The notes under the pieces were generated by a model. That model had not been told where the DNA came from. It did no database searches and saw only the letters and a list, made by a program, of their open reading frames with translations. The translations under genes and the position numbers were made by a program. Below are positions 39,484 to 49,775 of a stretch of 64,000 nucleotides of DNA, one piece after another. Position 1 is the first letter of the stretch; every line of letters begins with the position of its first letter. Location: NCBI GenBank assembly GCA_965198175.1, contig OZ240245.1, positions 2,976,001-3,040,000 on the forward strand. Reading direction: 5' to 3'. This stretch comes from Candidatus Poribacteria bacterium (GTDB lineage Bacteria; Poribacteria; WGA-4E; PCPOR2b).

Positions 39484-40407
39484 TCATTCTCCATATATTT
39501 TCAACGCAGTACCGCCGAGTACCATGGCTTGTTCATCGGCTGAGAGAAATTGCGTATGCAGTTTGGCTAACTTCACTAGCTGCGGATAGGTCGCATGGGA
39601 TAAAAGCCCTGGGACATCCGTACCCCACATCAATTTAGAAGGCCCGATGCGTTCGATCGCCAGACGAATATACCGTTCTGCACTCGGGTATGGGTAGCCT
39701 TCATCCGCGAGGTAAGCAGGTACCGCTGAATTGTCAAACCATACATTGGGTAGACGCCCTAAATCTATCTGCTCTTGCCACAACCTCCAACGTTCAGGGT
39801 CGGACTCAACTGCTGTGTTTGGCTGCCCCAAATGCGCAACCACAATTCGAAGATTGCGATGCGTCTCTGCAATCCCGCGCACAGCACTAGTCTGATAAGA
39901 ACGGCAGCCTATGGCGCCCAAATCGAGAACAAGCACCCAATCTCGGCGCTCAAGTTCGTCCCAAATCCATACGATATCAGGTGCATCAAGCCTGCCCTCT
40001 GGGTGAATTCCGCACAGACCAGCAGCTTCAGAACACTCCATTTTAATTGCCCGGAAACCTGATGAGGAGACGATTTTATCGAATGCCTCGCGGCAGTCCG
40101 GTGCCCAGGGATCGAGGTAAGCAGCGCCCATGAAGCGGTCCGCATAACGGGTTATTGCGTCAAGTACGTACTGATCACACTCGCCGTAAAACGGACCCTG
40201 GAGCAGCATTGTCTTGTCAACTCCGCCCCAATCCATATATGCCAAGAGCATCTCAGGAGTGACTTCGGTTTTCGCACTGCTGGGTGGAAATAGTTGAAGC
40301 GGTTCATCGCCAATAGTGACGCGGCCGTAACCTAGCCCGCGCGTGGGACCTGCAGCATTCATCCCACGAACCTCTGGGAAAATATGCGCATGTGCATCTA
40401 TTATCAT
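39484..40407 (-). CDS. Amidohydrolase_2 family protein (candidate sugar lactonase)
   Basis: IIDAHAH, VAHLGQP, LMWGTDVP, LGGTA. Confidence 0.85.
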   Translation of the reverse strand: MIIDAHAHIFPEVRGMNAAGPTRGLGYGRVTIGDEPLQLFPPSSAKTEVTPEMLLAYMDWGGVDKTMLLQGPFYGECDQYVLDAITRYADRFMGAAYLDPWAPDCREAFDKIVSSSGFRAIKMECSEAAGLCGIHPEGRLDAPDIVWIWDELERRDWVLVLDLGAIGCRSYQTSAVRGIAETHRNLRIVVAHLGQPNTAVESDPERWRLWQEQIDLGRLPNVWFDNSAVPAYLADEGYPYPSAERYIRLAIERIGPSKLMWGTDVPGLLSHATYPQLVKLAKLHTQFLSADEQAMVLGGTALKIYGE

Positions 40408-40434
40408 AGAGGTGCACCTCCCGTGCTTAATATC

Positions 40435-41217
40435 TTATATGTCCTTGATTCGACTTCGCACGGACGAAGTGAGTTCGTCCATGAAAGCAATGAGGTATCC
40501 GAAGTCTCCACCCACCTGAAGCCATTGCACGCCGCGTTTCGCCATAATGTAAGCGTAGTCAGGTTCCGTTCCCATCCCTGCGCCAACAAAAAGCCCAGCA
40601 TCACGTGCCTTCTTGATAATCGTTTCTATGGCGGCAACGACCTTGGGATGTTCCACATCGCCGAGCAATCCCAACGCTCCAGAGAGATCCTGTGGACCAA
40701 TGACTAAAGAATCCAAACCCGGAATAGCTACAATTTCGTCAATAGCTTCCAATGCCCCCATTGTTTCAATCTGCACAGCAACGAAGATGTTCTCATTGGC
40801 GCTGTTAATGTATTCACTCCCACCGTCACGACCATAATTTGAGGGAACTCGCGGACCGTAGCCGCGGGTCCCTAGCGGAGGATAGTGACAATCTCGGACA
40901 ACTTGCCGCACTTCTTCTGCACTCTGTACCTGCGGCACGATAATCCCATCTGCACCCGCATCCAGCACCGGCTTGATAAAGGGCATGCTGCTACCGGTCA
41001 CGCGTACGAGAGCAGCTACGCCCCTAGCGCGGGCTGACAGGAGATGACCATTGAGCGCTTCAGGACTCATTAAACTATGCTCTAAGTCAATCCAAAAAAA
41101 ATCCACTGAGTCACCCAATGCATCGGTAACTAGCGGATCGGTAAAAGTAATGCCCGGTCCCAGGCAGATGTATCCCGCTTTGAGCTTATCTCGAAACTCG
41201 GTAATTGCTTTACCCAT
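40435..41217 (-). CDS. HpcH/HpaI aldolase (2-keto-3-deoxy sugar-acid aldolase-like)
   Basis: WIDLEHS, LDAGADGIIVP, YPPLGTRG, VQIET, IGPQDLS. Confidence 0.92.
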   Translation of the reverse strand: MGKAITEFRDKLKAGYICLGPGITFTDPLVTDALGDSVDFFWIDLEHSLMSPEALNGHLLSARARGVAALVRVTGSSMPFIKPVLDAGADGIIVPQVQSAEEVRQVVRDCHYPPLGTRGYGPRVPSNYGRDGGSEYINSANENIFVAVQIETMGALEAIDEIVAIPGLDSLVIGPQDLSGALGLLGDVEHPKVVAAIETIIKKARDAGLFVGAGMGTEPDYAYIMAKRGVQWLQVGGDFGYLIAFMDELTSSVRSRIKDI

Positions 41218-41434
41218 AAAAAATTCTCCTCATAATTATATCGCTTTATGTTACTGATTCCGCGGAATGAGATATATTATCATATTCGGGGGCAGGAAGA
41301 CCTAGCATACAGCTAGAAATAATACATTTACTCAGTGGTCTGTAGGAGAGGCTTCCCAGCCTCGATTATCAATCGGTCGATTCCTCCTTTTGTAAATATG
41401 AACCTAAATGACTATAACTCGAAAAAGACCCGAT

Positions 41435-42298
41435 TCACAGCGGATTCACCGGCGAGGGATACTGTGATTTAATCAGATCTAACCCTATCTTCCACGGCGC
41501 TTTCACCCCGTACCCCAGCTCTGAGCCACCGCTGATAATCAGGTCAATACCGGTCACATAACTTGCCCAATCGCTTGCTAGAAACAGACAGACATAACCG
41601 GCCTCCTCATTAGAACCGCTGCGCCCGGCCCACTGCCAGCTATCCACTAGTTTATCAAGTTCCTCAGGATTCTCCGACTGAGCCACCCCCTCGATACGAC
41701 TGTTAGACAAGATGTTGCCCGGCAGAACTGCGTTCACACGCACACCATGGCGCGCCTCCTCAATAGCAAGCGCCTTGGTGAACGCGCTGATACCGCCCTT
41801 GGTCGCGCAATAGATGGTGGCTAATTGCTGCCCCATCGTCCCAACCAAGCTACCCATGTTGATGATACTGCCTCGAACCTTTCTTATATGTGGCAGGGCA
41901 TGCTTGCATGCGGCAAAATAGCTGACTAGGTTCAAGTCTAACAAATCCCTAAATTCCTCGACTGAAAATTCATCTATAGTTTTGTGTGGTGGATGCATGC
42001 CAGCATTGTTAATCAGACAGTCCAGGCGTCCATACTTATTAACAGTCCAGTCAATGACTCGAAAGACGTCTTCCGGTACGGAGACATCACACTGTTGAAA
42101 ATGACACTCGCCTGGACCCTGGGAATTTAATTCCGTTGCCAATGCCTCTCCGACTTCTTTGCCCCGTGCGCAGATTACGACCTGCGCTCCGGCTTGGACA
42201 AAAACGCGCGCGCACCCAGACCCAATACCCTTGCTGCCTCCAGTGATCAGCGTCACCTTGTTAAAATCTTGTGGATTTGGCACAACGTTTGGAGCCAC
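41435..42298 (-). CDS. SDR dehydrogenase, HSD17B14/L-fucose dehydrogenase-like
   Basis: TGGSKGIG, RLDCLINNAGMHPP, YCATKG, PGNI, GGSELGYG. Confidence 0.88.
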   Translation of the reverse strand: MAPNVVPNPQDFNKVTLITGGSKGIGSGCARVFVQAGAQVVICARGKEVGEALATELNSQGPGECHFQQCDVSVPEDVFRVIDWTVNKYGRLDCLINNAGMHPPHKTIDEFSVEEFRDLLDLNLVSYFAACKHALPHIRKVRGSIINMGSLVGTMGQQLATIYCATKGGISAFTKALAIEEARHGVRVNAVLPGNILSNSRIEGVAQSENPEELDKLVDSWQWAGRSGSNEEAGYVCLFLASDWASYVTGIDLIISGGSELGYGVKAPWKIGLDLIKSQYPSPVNPL

Positions 42299-42389
42299 TT
42301 TTTTACCTCTAGTTGTTTTCGATAGCCGATTTTTCGCCTAACCCAGCTGCTTAGGTTGCTGCGAAGGTCAGCCAAGACATCGGAAGGAG

Positions 42390-42725
42390 TTAGCCATCGA
42401 AGGCGAAAACCTCCTTCATCTGTACCCAAGTCGAACCCTCCGGTGCACCAGGTACGGTCTCTTGGAAGGTGCGCATCAGCGTATCCCATTCTCTAGCTCT
42501 GGGGTGATCCATATATTTGGGCATATCTCGCTCCATGTCGAAATTGTCCACAGTCTCCATGAACATAAAGAGCTGCCGATCGTAGCGATAGATAAATACC
42601 CGCAATACGCCGCAATTCTTAACGCCCTGTATCACCTCCGGAAACGGATTAGCGTGGTATTCTTCGTACTTTCTGATGATTTCCGAATCATCTTTAAGCA
42701 GAACAGTCTGTGCAAAGCGTTTCAT
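42390..42725 (-). CDS. L-rhamnose/L-fucose mutarotase (RhaM family)
   Basis: YEEYH...PEV, IYR...LFMFMET, EWD.LM..FQ, WVQMKEVF. SD AGGAGAAAGG. Confidence 0.88.
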   Translation of the reverse strand: MKRFAQTVLLKDDSEIIRKYEEYHANPFPEVIQGVKNCGVLRVFIYRYDRQLFMFMETVDNFDMERDMPKYMDHPRAREWDTLMRTFQETVPGAPEGSTWVQMKEVFAFDG

Positions 42726-42957
42726 ACACCTTTCTCCTATAACCGTTTGCATTGACTATAAATCAAAGTTGGTTGCCACATTCTGTATCCTCCCCCTTAC
42801 CAAGGGGGAGCTAGAGGGGGTAATAAACACAGTCGGAGAAAATACAGCCCGATGACCAATCGTAGGGGTTGGGTTACCCAACCCTGTGTTCCCAATCATA
42901 TCAATATGGTTTTGAGTTCCCTGCCCGCGGTTGGTCAATGGGCCCGGCGTGCCCGCC

Positions 42958-43734
42958 TCAATCATAGGCATAATCCCGCCCAGCGACGAGCAGCTCGGGC
43001 ATAACCTTGTACAGGTCCCACCCTTCGGTTCGGCGGCATTTGCTGGAAGCGTAATGATACTGTATCGCACGACGACGCCTAGTAGTTGTATTCGGGGGTG
43101 TTGAGTGTAATATCTCGCCGTGGAACATCAGCGCATCGCCGGCTTTCAAGGGAATTGAGACGGCTTCTTCAACGGACGGCGTTCTAAGGGCACCATAGTC
43201 ATTCTTCAAACCGTTGTGTTCCACGATGCCCTGGGTATGTGAACTGGGGATAACGTGCATACAACCATTCTGGACAGTAGCGTCATCACAGGCAACCCAC
43301 AAGCCGACAATATGGTTTGGCTCGCGCCGAAAATAGGCGTTGTCCTGGTGCCATATTTTTGCGCCGCCGAAGCGCGGGGGCTTCAACAATAGCATGCTTT
43401 GAAGCAGTTTGACATCAGGTCCCAATAATGTTGTTGCAATCGCTGCCATCTTTGGATGGAACGCGAGATTGCGGAAGAACGCATTGTGCCTAGCTACGTT
43501 GGCAAGTTTACGAACCCCTAATTCAAGAAGTTCAGGTGTATTTTCGCCGTTTGCAACTGACGGCTCAATCTCTATCAGCCCCGTCGGGACATCCGGATAA
43601 CGTGCTACAATGTTGGTAATTTCATTACGCACGGCTTCTACCTCGTCCGCAGTGAACAGACCTTCAATGACGACGTATCCTTGTTGGTGGTACTGTTGTA
43701 ATTGTTGATTGCTGATGAGATTGTTATCGGTCAT
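42958..43734 (-). CDS. Phytanoyl-CoA dioxygenase (PhyH) family protein
   Basis: QQGYVVI, WHQD, NGCMHVIPSSH, LHS..PN...RRRA. Confidence 0.92.
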   Translation of the reverse strand: MTDNNLISNQQLQQYHQQGYVVIEGLFTADEVEAVRNEITNIVARYPDVPTGLIEIEPSVANGENTPELLELGVRKLANVARHNAFFRNLAFHPKMAAIATTLLGPDVKLLQSMLLLKPPRFGGAKIWHQDNAYFRREPNHIVGLWVACDDATVQNGCMHVIPSSHTQGIVEHNGLKNDYGALRTPSVEEAVSIPLKAGDALMFHGEILHSTPPNTTTRRRRAIQYHYASSKCRRTEGWDLYKVMPELLVAGRDYAYD

Positions 43735-43754
43735 TTTGAAGTGCAGTGAGGTAT

Positions 43755-44564
43755 TTAATACCCCCTGCTGTGCATAAATTCAATCAGTTCCCTGCGGCGC
43801 GGACCCGCTGTCTTAACCAAATGTTCCGGGAATTGCGTATTCGTTTCGTTACTGCAGCTATGTTTCCATTGCTCGCCGTGATTGACGAGCCATTCGACCT
43901 GCCAATCCTCCGTCGGCTTCCCACCGAAGGTAATCCCTAAGAACCGACGGCCCGGCTGTCCACCCCACGAGGAGTGGCCGAGCTTCTGGTTGAAAAAGAT
44001 GATGTCGCCCGGGCGGGTCTTCGTAGCGATCGCACCGGGAATATCCATTGGCGGCACGCCCGCCGGCGTTAACGCGTCGGCGTCGATAGGATTGCCCTTC
44101 GTCGTCATTGCGCGCAGCGCCTCGCCGTAACCCCTCCGATGCGTTCCTGGAAGCAGCCACAGACACCCGGGACCTTCGCTAAGGTCGTCCAGATACATAA
44201 TCACCTTGAGCATCAGGTATTCGCTCTCCTTTCCGGCTTCCATCGGAATGGCTGTGTCCTGGTGCCAACTGGTATTCCCGCCATGGCGCTGAGCATCTGA
44301 CGCAACGAGCTGGAAACCTTCACCCATTAGGTTATCCAGCGTATCCATAATACAGGGATTGTCGAGGTAATGATGACAGAACCCCTCGTGTATGCCGAGA
44401 CCGGGATACCCCATCTGTCCGGCGCCCGCGAAAGGACCGCACTTGGCATCGCATCCCTCGTCAAACCAGCGGGAAAACATCTCCATCTCCTTCGGGCTAA
44501 ACAAACTCCGCTTGATAATGAATCCGAAGGTGTCAAAGTGTACCTTCTCTTGTTCCGGGGTCAT
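43755..44564 (-). CDS. PhyH family dioxygenase
   Basis: FDTFGF, WHQD, LLPGTH, PGDIIFF...GH. SD GAAGGAGA. Confidence 0.88.
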   Translation of the reverse strand: MTPEQEKVHFDTFGFIIKRSLFSPKEMEMFSRWFDEGCDAKCGPFAGAGQMGYPGLGIHEGFCHHYLDNPCIMDTLDNLMGEGFQLVASDAQRHGGNTSWHQDTAIPMEAGKESEYLMLKVIMYLDDLSEGPGCLWLLPGTHRRGYGEALRAMTTKGNPIDADALTPAGVPPMDIPGAIATKTRPGDIIFFNQKLGHSSWGGQPGRRFLGITFGGKPTEDWQVEWLVNHGEQWKHSCSNETNTQFPEHLVKTAGPRRRELIEFMHSRGY

Positions 44565-44684
44565 GATGTTTCTCCTTCCATCATGTTTTATGAAGTAGCT
44601 ACGCAGCATAGCGGAGACGCCGCAAAATGCTGCGGTTGACTACGCATGGTAAAATGTAATTACCGAACTCAACAGTAAAACGAG

Positions 44685-45353
44685 CTATTGACTGTATTGG
44701 GCTTTAATGGTTCCCCACGTAGTTGTGAGCTTGTCGGTAGCTGATACAGCCTTAGGCGGGATTGTCGGCTGAAAGTCGCCCCTGTAGAATCGAACACCGT
44801 CTATCCAGTAGTTGACCCTTGAACCATCGGGCGCATTTGAAATTTGCAGTGAACCTGCCAGAGGGACCGGTACGCTGGTAACGGAGTATTCCTGCCACTC
44901 AGTTCCGACTTCAAAAATCTTGTCGGGTCCCAAGGGCCACGGTTCGTTGATATGATCGATAAAGGTCATTCTAAGTTTACGCGGCTTTTCCGCTTTGAGA
45001 AATGCCGAGTAGGTATGAATCTTTTTCTTTTCGAGGATAAAGATATCCACCTGTACAACATTGGGTTTCCATTTGTCGAGCGGATCCAATATGATATCAA
45101 AGACATAGAGGCTGGCTTCTCCGACCGCGGCGTTCTTTTTGTCTATTTTCATATTACCCTGTGTAGCCGCCGCCTTCCAGAGCCCCCATTGGGCAATGTC
45201 CTCAGGATTTTCGAAATCGCCTCCTCGGGCTAGATTCTCAATTTCGCCGGCGGCGACGGCTACACCAAAGCCGATTGCCAACACGAACGTCGCCACCAAT
45301 AACAATAGACATTTTGTACGAGACCTTTTTGATAGCTCAGACATACGATTCAT
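44685..45353 (-). CDS. Secreted CBM4/9-like protein with C-terminal KLTTTWG motif
   Basis: Signal peptide, NLARGGDFE, TEWQEY, WIDGVRF; ends VSATDKLTTTWGTIK. SD GGAGGTGA. Confidence 0.78.
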   Translation of the reverse strand: MNRMSELSKRSRTKCLLLLVATFVLAIGFGVAVAAGEIENLARGGDFENPEDIAQWGLWKAAATQGNMKIDKKNAAVGEASLYVFDIILDPLDKWKPNVVQVDIFILEKKKIHTYSAFLKAEKPRKLRMTFIDHINEPWPLGPDKIFEVGTEWQEYSVTSVPVPLAGSLQISNAPDGSRVNYWIDGVRFYRGDFQPTIPPKAVSATDKLTTTWGTIKAQYSQ

Positions 45354-46045
45354 ATGTTTCACCTCCAACGCTAACTTAACTTCCATTATTACTAAGCTCC
45401 GTGGAATACATGCGTTCGCTGCCGCACGTCCCAGTTATTCAGTCGGTGCGCATCATGAGGCGTCATCAGGCATAGTATAGCAAATTCTACCTAAACCGTC
45501 AATCTATAAACCGATTCAATACGGGGCGAGCTAGACATAAACTCAATAGCGGTGCAACATGCCTGCGCATCACGGGTTTGAAAATGTCGCGTGCGATTTC
45601 GGTTTTGAAGGCGTCATTTTTGAGTTTGGTCGCCCATTTATGCCGTCTCACCGCTTTTCTGAGTTGATCTTGCATTTTCTCTCCCATTTGTAATCCATTC
45701 TGCCTTGCAAAAGTTTGGTGTTTTCGGAGCGTAATCTCGTCATAGAGCGGGTTTGGGCGATCTGAAACTTTCAGCAAATTGAATCAGACCATTCGCCAAC
45801 GTGTAAGCTACCATCAGTGGCGTCAGCGTCTACAGCGGGAGTTATTAAGTTAAGTCTTGGCTGACAGGTACGGCAGCGACAATCCGTCAGCGACGCGTGC
45901 TCCTGCCCTGTGACGAATAAGGGTTAGATGATAATATTGAGAATCCTCAAGTTAAATTGCACTTTTTACCTTTTTTGCGATTTTTCCAAATGTTTTGTAG
46001 AAATAAACACAACTTTTTTCACTGGGCAATTTTTTCCACTAGAAG

Positions 46046-46148
46046 CGTTGGGTTTCGCTCCGTCATGGCAATTTTGAAACGACCTCAACTCACGAATGGC
46101 ATGCGTCCTATGTTGCAAGATTCACGAATATCGCTCAACCCAACCTAC
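46046..46148. repeat. GTAG-type REP element
   Basis: CGTTGGGTTTCG...CGCTCAACCCAACCTAC. Confidence 0.7.
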
Positions 46149-46652
46149 GATAACTGTTTCACGAGCGCAGCGTTCTTTTGCGCAGCCAGCGCCAGCCGCG
46201 CGAAATGAATCTGAGCCTGCCGCGCATGGGTTTTAACCGTCCACCCATTCTGGTCAATCTTGGGCTTGAGACGACCCACCAGAGCAACCTACCTAGCCTC
46301 CGCCGTTTCAGGTTGTTTAGAACCCTTAGCAGAAAGGTTATCCTATTGAGAATTTTCAACGTCCGCCATAACATGGTAATGACCGTATTTCAAATTTGTA
46401 GGCAGCATGTCTAATCAGTATCGAGTGTTTAGCGACGGGCTCCGAGTGTTTAAACTCAAGGATCATAATGGTTATGTTTTTTGTTTCGGGAGACCCCTTC
46501 GATCTGAGGCACGATAGAAATGGGTGATTTTGATTCTTTAGGAATGGTGAAAGTTCCCATTGCTCACTTTATCGCACGTAGATGACCGCCTCATCAAGCC
46601 CTTTCAACGCTCCGTGCTTCAGTTTTAGGCTTCTGTTCGTTTCAAATTGGCC

Positions 46653-48422
46653 TCATTTCATGTCATCAAGTTTTTGAATTTGTCGTTCCATATTAGTTTT
46701 GATATCTTCAACGCCATGTTGCTTTGCAAGACGCAAGGCAGTTTGGAAATCCAATCTCGCGCTCTCAATATTGCCCAAGCATATTTGCGCCGCACCACGA
46801 TTAGCATAGACTGTAGCATAGTCTGGATTCAGACGAATCGCCTTATTACAGTCAGATAGCGCAGACTCATATCTACCAAAAACCAACTTCACTGTACTAC
46901 GATTAGAATATGCAGTGGCATAATTCGGATTTAGGCGAATCGCTTCATTATAGTCAGCTAGAGCAGACTCATATTGACGGAGAGAAAACTTTACCATACC
47001 CCGATTAGAGTAAACATCAGCGTCATCCGATTTCAGGCGAATCGCCTCGTTAAAGTCGGCGATTCCAGACTCACTCTGACCCATATGGAATTTCATAAGA
47101 CCACGATTGATGTAAGCATCCGTATAGTCTGGTTTTAATCTGATCGCCTCATTATAATCCTCTAGAGAAGATTCATACTGACCCAGGTGGAGTTTTGACA
47201 GTCCGCGACCGTAGTAAGCATTTGCATAATCTGGTTTTAGACGAATCGCCTCATTATGGTCTGCTAGAGAAGATTCATACTGACCATGAATTGACTTTGT
47301 TACTGCTCGATCATAATATGCCTCAGCACGATGTGGATTTAGTCGGATAGCTTCATCATGATCTATGATTGCGCTCTCATATTTGCCAAGAAACGATTTT
47401 GTAAGACCCCGATTCGAGTAAGCTAAGGCAAAATCTGGTTTTAGTTGAATTGCTTTATCAAAATCGGCAATAGCTTCTTTGTATTCACCAAGTCTAATCT
47501 TTACGACACCTCGGTTCGAGTAAGCTAAGGCGAGATCTGGTTTTAGCTGAATTGCCTTAACATAGTCTATAATAGCTTCTTTGTATTTACCAAGATCCGA
47601 CTTCGCAGCACCACGATTAACGTAGATTCCAGCGAAGTCCGGTTCTAAGCGAATTGCACTATCATAATCAGCGATAGCTGCGTTAGGTTTTCCAAGAGAG
47701 CTTTTTACCATACCACGATTCATGTAAAATAGAGAGACATCTGGCTCCAGGGAAATTGCTCTATCAAAGTCTACGATAGCTTCATTATGCTTACCAAGCG
47801 TGTATTTGGTAAGGCCTCGATTGGAATATGCGATGGCAAGATCCGGTTTCAGACGAATTGCTTCATTGTAAGCATCAATCGCGCATTTAGCAGCATCTCG
47901 ATCTCTATAGTTTTCATGATAATATGGCGTAAGAGGAAAAGTGACTCCTTCAAAAGAAACAGTTGAAATTTGCTTTTCTCCAACAACATCACCGTCTAGC
48001 AACGAGCCGACTGCAAACCACGCGATAGCAGCTAGATCATTCTTAACTCCTTCGGCTACGATAGCAATTGAACGCCATTTTTCGATTGCATCTTCAATTT
48101 TTCCGGCTTGTTTCAACCGAGAGGCTTCAACAACCGCCCTATCCCAATCTGATGCTTTAGGATTTCCTTCGACCTTCTGCATGATTTTTTCAAGGTGTGA
48201 GGAATCCTCAGATTTGACAGCCTGGATGAACTTGACGATATCTTCACCGTTTAAGCTCAAATTTGAACTATTAGGACGAATTGCATCAATACCTATCAAA
48301 AGTGTGCCAATTCCGCCAAAAAATATACCAACACACGTAATAGTACGAATAGGACGTTGAAGAAAAAATGCCCAAACACGCGCAAAATTTTGGCGTATCC
48401 AATAAGAACCATCTATCTTCAT
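46653..48422 (-). CDS. Membrane-anchored tetratricopeptide repeat protein
   Basis: N-terminal TM helix, then about 11 tandem 34-aa repeats AY.NRG......G.Y..AI.D...AI.L.P. Confidence 0.93.
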   Translation of the reverse strand: MKIDGSYWIRQNFARVWAFFLQRPIRTITCVGIFFGGIGTLLIGIDAIRPNSSNLSLNGEDIVKFIQAVKSEDSSHLEKIMQKVEGNPKASDWDRAVVEASRLKQAGKIEDAIEKWRSIAIVAEGVKNDLAAIAWFAVGSLLDGDVVGEKQISTVSFEGVTFPLTPYYHENYRDRDAAKCAIDAYNEAIRLKPDLAIAYSNRGLTKYTLGKHNEAIVDFDRAISLEPDVSLFYMNRGMVKSSLGKPNAAIADYDSAIRLEPDFAGIYVNRGAAKSDLGKYKEAIIDYVKAIQLKPDLALAYSNRGVVKIRLGEYKEAIADFDKAIQLKPDFALAYSNRGLTKSFLGKYESAIIDHDEAIRLNPHRAEAYYDRAVTKSIHGQYESSLADHNEAIRLKPDYANAYYGRGLSKLHLGQYESSLEDYNEAIRLKPDYTDAYINRGLMKFHMGQSESGIADFNEAIRLKSDDADVYSNRGMVKFSLRQYESALADYNEAIRLNPNYATAYSNRSTVKLVFGRYESALSDCNKAIRLNPDYATVYANRGAAQICLGNIESARLDFQTALRLAKQHGVEDIKTNMERQIQKLDDMK

Positions 48423-48613
48423 AATGTCTTCTGACTGCGCACTCTTCTAATCCGAGACAACTTTCTCAGTTTGTTCTGACACTTATGTTTCCTCTGTTTC
48501 CAGTTCAGATCGCCTAGAATTGTCCTTTTTATTTGTTTCCAAATTGTATTTATTGCGCGTGTAGGATGAATTTGTTCGTGACATTAGGATAGTGTTTTGT
48601 ATTCGTAAATTTT

Positions 48614-48832
48614 TTAGTTCGATAGATTCGCAGTCGAAACTTCTATCTGTTCATAAGACAATTCGGGCAGACTTGCTTGTTGATGGGCATGTTCAATGGT
48701 CATTGCCACCAGATTTCCGGAGGCATCCAGATCGATGTAGATATTCTCGTTAATCTCCTTTGTCTCGGTCACTTCGCGCCCCGAGAATTCAACCAAGGCG
48801 GTATCTGTATCGTGAAAGTATTTGATTTTCAT
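48614..48832 (-). CDS. DUF2283 domain protein (putative antitoxin), copy 1
   Basis: MKIKYFHDTDTALVEF...IDLDASGNLVAMTIEHA. Confidence 0.85.
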   Translation of the reverse strand: MKIKYFHDTDTALVEFSGREVTETKEINENIYIDLDASGNLVAMTIEHAHQQASLPELSYEQIEVSTANLSN

Positions 48833-49071
48833 TGGTTTCCTCCATTGAAATTTCTGTCGAAGAATGCGTTATGAACGGTTTCACCGTCGGGCAGTAAAAC
48901 CACTCTCAAGTATTTATCCTCTTCTTCAATTTTTTTCCACATTCTCATCCTTCCATCGGCTTGTGTTTCCGTGTGAATGGGATTTTCGATAGTTTCCTGA
49001 ATCCACTCCATTCTAATTTTGGCGCGGTCGGGTCTTAGGCGCGTATAGAGAAAGTATTGGGTAAACTTCAA
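48829..49071 (-). CDS. DUF4258-like putative toxin
   Basis: QADGR.R.W....YLRVVLLPDGETVHNAFFDR, overlapping DUF2283 by 4 nt. Confidence 0.75.
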   Translation of the reverse strand: MKFTQYFLYTRLRPDRAKIRMEWIQETIENPIHTETQADGRMRMWKKIEEEDKYLRVVLLPDGETVHNAFFDRNFNGGNQ

Positions 49072-49431
49072 CTCTCTGCGTTATCCTCATATGGATTGCT
49101 GGGGTGGTTGTGAGTCACTAGCTGTCAATTGTATTTCTATCGCGGGCGCTGTTCGCTCGGTTGATCGTTGGATTTCGCTCCATTCTAACAACTTAGAAAC
49201 AGAATCCTCGCCCCGCACACATGGACCCTTTTCTGTATTTTTCACTGAAGGTATGAACTATCGCCTAAAACCTCTATCGCCCTCACTTTTCAGTCGGTTG
49301 ATCCTATTCAGTCGGTTGATCGCTCTACCCAACCTACAGGCACTACGAGAACTAATCGGTATTGAGCGTTACCGATGTGCTATTTCACTTTCAGGCAGCC
49401 CCAAATGGTTGCTAGCTTGTCACGAGCTTCT

Positions 49432-49707
49432 GTAGGTTGGGTAGAGCGGATAATTCCAATACCGTTCCGGTAGCAATTAACCGTTCCGAGTTTCTAATGA
49501 TGCTGTTGTCAATACACGCGGAGCGAAACCCAACGTTTTTATATCCTCCGGCAACCCTAGCAAATCCCGAATACAATACATCGCTCCGACTTCCTATTAC
49601 TCTCATTGTAATTCCTGTTCCAATCGTCCTGGTGTTGGCGTCTGCCGTTCGGCTATCCGAACGTTTCAAAAACGTTGGGTTTCGCGAGCCCGCTCAACCC
49701 AAGCTAC
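49432..49707. repeat. Inverted pair of GTAG-type REPs (REPIN-like composite)
   Basis: GTAGGTTGGGTAGAGCG...GAAACCCAACG and CGTTGGGTTTCG...CAACCCAAGCTAC. Confidence 0.65.
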
Positions 49708-49775
49708 GATTGCTTGCATCGCTAGCGAAATAGACAGCGGTCATGAGTGAGTCAATATGATGTTGCGTGAATGGG

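Noticed and set aside
45499..45777. 92-aa ORF at the left edge of the accessory island
   Set aside because: Could be a mobile-element gene fragment, but no family or SD is recognisable.
46700..47880. Regular 102-bp periodic repeats resembling an array
   Set aside because: They are the coding repeats of the TPR protein.
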